From Massalongia carnosa (Eukaryota): 64,000 bases of DNA. Every line of letters starts with the position of its first letter. The stretch's first letter is position 1. The position numbers and the translations under genes are program-made. A model generated the notes under the pieces. It had not been told where the DNA came from. It ran no database searches and was given only the letters and a program-made list of their open reading frames with translations. Below are positions 59,627 through 64,000 of this stretch, piece after piece. The stretch is from NCBI GenBank assembly GCA_965645245.1, contig OZ287081.1, positions 248,001 through 312,000 on the forward strand. Reading direction: 5' to 3'.

Positions 59627-60007
59627 GTGATTGACGAATGATCAATGTAAAATGGTGGTAGAAGGGGCAGTTTTTCGAAATTTAGGGGGGGCACGGACCA
59701 ATGTCACCCAACCTTGTACACCTCGTATGGAGGCAGCTAAGCGAGGTCGGCGATTAAAAGTTTTTAGAGTTTTCGGAATTTTTTAATGTCTAAAAAGTCT
59801 AAAAAACACGTTTAAAATTAATATAGAAAATCTACCTAGCAATATTCACAATGCGGAGAAAGATTCTACCGTTTTGAAGATTATAATTTGTGCATGTTCA
59901 TGTATATTGAATCCGATTTGAGAAACATGATGAACTGTGCCTCTTCGTTCGATGTGAATCGCAGTAGAAGTCCTTTCAGTATGAGACTCTAGATTCGCAG
60001 AGAACGA

Positions 60008-62156
60008 TTACTCCTCCACTTGAGTACTCGAGAGAAGACAAGTTCGTTTGACAACGGCGTTACTGTCGAACGGGTCCACGTTAACCGCATCGTTGGTCGA
60101 CAGCGTTCGGCGATCCTGTTCCTGTTGACGCACGTTTCGATATGCTTTCGGCCAGATGCCGGACTTTCCTGGTGATAAAATGCCATTGGGGTCCACGGAA
60201 TCCTATATGTGATGCATCATCCGTACGTCAGCGCTGATATTCGTCAAGGTATGCAGATTCAATTGACGGGGAACCTGGCGGAGCGTACCTTGAGGGTCTC
60301 GATGAATCGCCGAGAGGCGTTATGGTTGAAATTGTAGGATTCCTGCACCACGTCTAGCCCATAATGGTTAATCTCGGTTCCCCGGAACCATCACAAACGA
60401 CAACCGGGAGGAAAGTTGGAGGGGTAATCAGCGGTAGCTCACCCATATAATCCAGGTGCGTGCGATAATTGGCGAAACAGAATTCCTTCGCCTTGGCCGC
60501 AAGATCATGCCATAGCGCCTTCGCGGAATGCATCTGGTCTTGGTCCATGCGGTTGAACAAAATCATGTGGATCAGGACGGAATGCTTGACAAACGCATGA
60601 CCGCCCACAAAGCTGTCGAATCCGTGTTGACGAGATAGGTCGGTTGCGGCTTGAAACCACTTCAACGCCAATTTCCCATCGTGTGGCAAGATCGGAGAAA
60701 AGTCAACATGGCCACCATGTCCCCCGGGAGGGGTGTTGTAATCGATGGTGGAGGCAAAGCGGATGGTGGGGACGCCGGCGTTGGTGGGTTGCCATTCCGG
60801 GGGAATCGTTGTTGGGTCGACCTTCTCCCCCGCGTGGCCTTCAAAGAATCTGGACGAGAGCCGGGATCGCGGGCTGATCCGCGTGACGGTCTCGCGCGTG
60901 ATGGCCAGCCTGGATAGGACCATGTCCTTGGTGCCGTAGAAGCTGAACCATGTCGTCCAATACCCCCAGCCGTGTTCTTTCATCATCCCCTTCACCACGT
61001 CCTCTGGGATCGCCCCTGCGGCTGGATAGACGTGGTGTCGTGGGCCCAACCGGCTGATTCGCCGAAACACGTTGAAGATTGCGGGATCATTCTGGATGAT
61101 GTGCTCCCGACGCAACTCCGCCAGGATTTCGATCAGGTCCTCTAGGTCCTCCAGATCGTCCATGTCGAGGCATACAGCCATGGTCGTATCCGGTTGCGGC
61201 TGCACCCAGATCCCCAGCTTGGTGACGATGCCCAGATTGCTTTGCAGGAAGAGCCCGTCAACTTGCGGACCAAATCCCGCTTTGCACGCGAACGCACTGG
61301 GGGAGTTGTCCACCGCCCACTGTCCAGTGCGGATGATATCGCCGTCGGGGAGCATCGCTTCGATCCCACAGATGTGGTTGTGATGGTCTCCATGGGCGGT
61401 GTATCCGAACCCCCGGTCGAGCGTCTAAATTTTTCGCGACGTTAACCCTCCAGCTGCCCGTTGTCGATCTCCCCGTAAAAGACTGTGTGCATACATTACC
61501 AATGACGCTTCCCCATGCGATCGCTGGGACACTGGGCCACACTGCGAGTTTCTGGTTCCTACAATGGTGGTATAGATCGAAAAATGTCACGCCGGGTTCC
61601 ACTACCGCATACGCGGCTTTTTCGTTGACCTCGAGAATACGTTTCATGCGATGTAGCGACAGGATCACCGATCCTCCCACCCGGGGCGAGGGTCCGCCAT
61701 ACCTACATTCACGACCCATTAGCTGATGACCGATCGTTCCCGACGAGCGCAGGCGAACCAACCCGAGGTTCTTGCCCCGCGACGTCGTCCACAGCGGAAA
61801 ATGGATGCTGTTCGCCAGCGCGAGAATCTTTCCGATTTCTTCCACTGATCTCGGGCTGTACGGATGGGGTCAGTGTTGTGGCATCCGTCGATGGGGGACC
61901 CACATGGGTTTACGCACCAGACCGCGGCGGAGGGGAAGTTCCTGGTATGCGGCGAGAACGGGTCCGAGAAATGCAGGAGCGACTCTCCGGTGTGGACGTG
62001 ATCCTCGCCCACCATGGCCTTCAACGTTTGTATCATCTCGCGGAACTGCGTCTCTGCCATCCCTGGCGGGAAACGCTGTTCCGGCACCGACCGGCCTTGT
62101 TCGAAGACACGGTCATGAGCCTGCTGCACATCATGGTCGTCGTATTGCTGGACCAT
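60008..62156 (-). CDS. FAD-linked oxidase of the vanillyl-alcohol oxidase/p-cresol methylhydroxylase family, multi-exon
   Basis: SRGKNLG|YGG, VVEPGVTF, GSVIGN, QSNLGIVTK, YRTHLDYM and DPNGILSPGKSGIW motifs. Confidence 0.92.
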
Positions 62157-63394
62157 CTCTGGGGGGTGGAACGACGACGGTGGGACGACACACTCTGGGT
62201 GGGTTCCTCGATCGTGGGTGTCGATGTTGTGGGCATGCTTCTCCACGAAAGTCGTTCTCCCGCCACGGGACTCTGCCTCTGCGCGTACCCGGCCGATGAT
62301 GGGTTTTGGATGCCAGGTGTCCTGATTGGATTGTGCGGATCGGAGGGCGTTCCCGCATGAGAATGGCGTCCTCCGTGCTTCGGTCGTGCTTGTTCGTCTT
62401 GTGCGTCGACTATGGCTTTTTTCCGGAAAGCCGTCTGTACGGAGTACCGCGGACAGCATCTGTTCCCCGTTCCTCGTCGCTTTACGATCGGGGGACCACC
62501 AGCGTGGGCTCTCTGATTGACTCTAATACCGCATGGTGATGACATGGCCGACTTGCAGTACCGAGAACTCTTTTCGATCGATCTTCGGCACTTCGTCCCG
62601 TCATGATCTCGGGCGTGATGAGTTCACGATGGTGGACGCGAGTAAGAACTGAGATGAAGGGCCAACGCGGATGTAGAGTATTCTGTACATTTGGCATTTA
62701 ATCTCTCATAAGTACGTGAAACGCTCACGTATGTCCGAGTTTATACGAATGCAAAGTTTCGAATATGCATCGACGCATTCAAGAGCGGTACTCTGCATTG
62801 ATATAGTGCATCCTGGATGATCTACATCGATGTGGTGTTTCCACAGGTTACAAACTCGCTTTGTCAGCAGCATCGATACGATTTGAGGACTAGCTCGCGA
62901 TCAAACGAGGATTAGTACGCGTCGTGGTTCCCACGACATCAAAAGAAAAATCCGAAAATGCGAACGATATCGGAATAAAGAAGCTATCGTGATGTGCGGT
63001 AATCATCGATTTCACGTGGTCCAATCGATACACGCAGATGATCGAGAACAATCAAGATCGTAATAGCCAGGGTGCACGGGATTCCGATTCGAAAAACTCG
63101 TACTCGGTATAATCGGATGACACTCATGGCTCATATCTCACGGCGGGGTGCCTCACCAGGATATGAAGCGGAGCGGATGGGCTTGCATGACTGCATTCGG
63201 AGAACCCGCCAGCATGACGGTGGATACCGCCTGGATAGTTACCGGTGTGAAGCACACATTCGGCCTTCGCGTACGGAGTCAGCGGTGGTGATGAAGTTAT
63301 ATGAGCGTTGGTCCTGGAGTCGGTGATCACCTCGTTATATCATCTTACCATTCCGTCATTCCTCGTCTCCGCCTAAGGGACGTGTCGGTTCGAC

Positions 63395-64000
63395 ATGACG
63401 GTGTCATTCTCACCGAGCCTACCCAATGAGCCCATATTCCGCAGGCTCGTGGAGAATAGCAAATGGATGCGACATGTGATCATTCACGATCCGTCCTGTG
63501 GAGTCGATGCCACATACCCGCAATTACTACACGACATTCTGGCGCTGCGTCAGCGTCTATACAAATGCCTCCCCGTGTCGATGTGTGACGAGAAGGGGAG
63601 AATCAAAGCAGAGACTCCGTACGTTCTCATTCTCTCGCGAGGAAACTACGAGTTTATTGTGGCTGCCTTCGCCGTGCTGGCCATCGGGGGGGCCTTGGTG
63701 CCACTAGGTAAGTGGATGACGGCGGTTGTGGGTGTCCCATTGTTCTCTCGATGCAATGAAATGAGAATGATGCTAAGTGCATGTCGTCTGGCAGCACCGG
63801 ACATTTTACCGGAAGAAGCCCTACACTTTCTACGCAAGTGTGAGTCGGGAGTGATCTTGGCAGGTTCGCCATCGTCGCAACGGGCGACAGAGATTCAACA
63901 ATATGCCGACGTCCACGGTCACCAGATCATCATTCAACCGATTGCGACGAGGAGATGGTCATCCCTCGTCCCCGCAACGGCCCTGACCATCGATGTGGAC
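63395..64000 (+). CDS. AMP-binding (adenylate-forming, acyl-CoA ligase-like) enzyme, N-terminus only
   Basis: MTVSFSPSLPNEPIF...TYPQLLHD...YEFIVAAFAVLAIGGALVPL|APDILPEEALHFL; intron 63708-63794; runs off the window. Catalytic core motifs are not visible. Confidence 0.7.
   Translation, partial: MTVSFSPSLPNEPIFRRLVENSKWMRHVIIHDPSCGVDATYPQLLHDILALRQRLYKCLPVSMCDEKGRIKAETPYVLILSRGNYEFIVAAFAVLAIGGALVPLGKWMTAVVGVPLFSRCNEMRMMLSACRLAAPDILPEEALHFLRKCESGVILAGSPSSQRATEIQQYADVHGHQIIIQPIATRRWSSLVPATALTIDVD

Larger units (their letters stand above)
58153..59754 (-). mobile_element. Tc1/mariner-superfamily transposon with a solo LTR in its left TIR
   Basis: About 90-100 bp inverted repeats bounded by TA; internal DDE transposase. 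The exact outer boundary is ambiguous. Confidence 0.85.

Overview
Eukaryotic DNA from a filamentous ascomycete, judged by short GT-AG introns with CTAAY-type branch sites, chromoviral Ty3/Gypsy elements, a Tad1-type LINE and a NACHT-ankyrin NLR. Bases 1-48.5 kb are mostly a deep nest of transposons: three Ty3/Gypsy elements, two related piggyBac-like elements, one Ty1/Copia element, three MULE/Mutator elements, a 5'-truncated LINE and several solo or partial LTRs. Two host genes are embedded there: a family III CoA-transferase and an NLR with 18 near-identical 99-bp ankyrin repeats. From 48.6 kb to the end lies a candidate secondary-metabolism or catabolic cluster (amidase, MFS transporter, two divergent 2OG-Fe(II) oxygenases, VAO-family flavoprotein, adenylate-forming enzyme) interrupted by a Tc1-like element. 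The most unusual signals are four: (1) both piggyBac-like elements sit in TATA sites with a 2-bp AT duplication (or none) instead of TTAA; (2) one otherwise intact Ty3 carries an antisense accessory gene with a Zn2Cys6-like six-cysteine motif; (3) the Copia gag and pol are in frame across a UGA-CAA-CCA readthrough signal; (4) the NLR ankyrin array varies almost only at two residue pairs. All coordinates and comparisons were made by eye; no database search was run.
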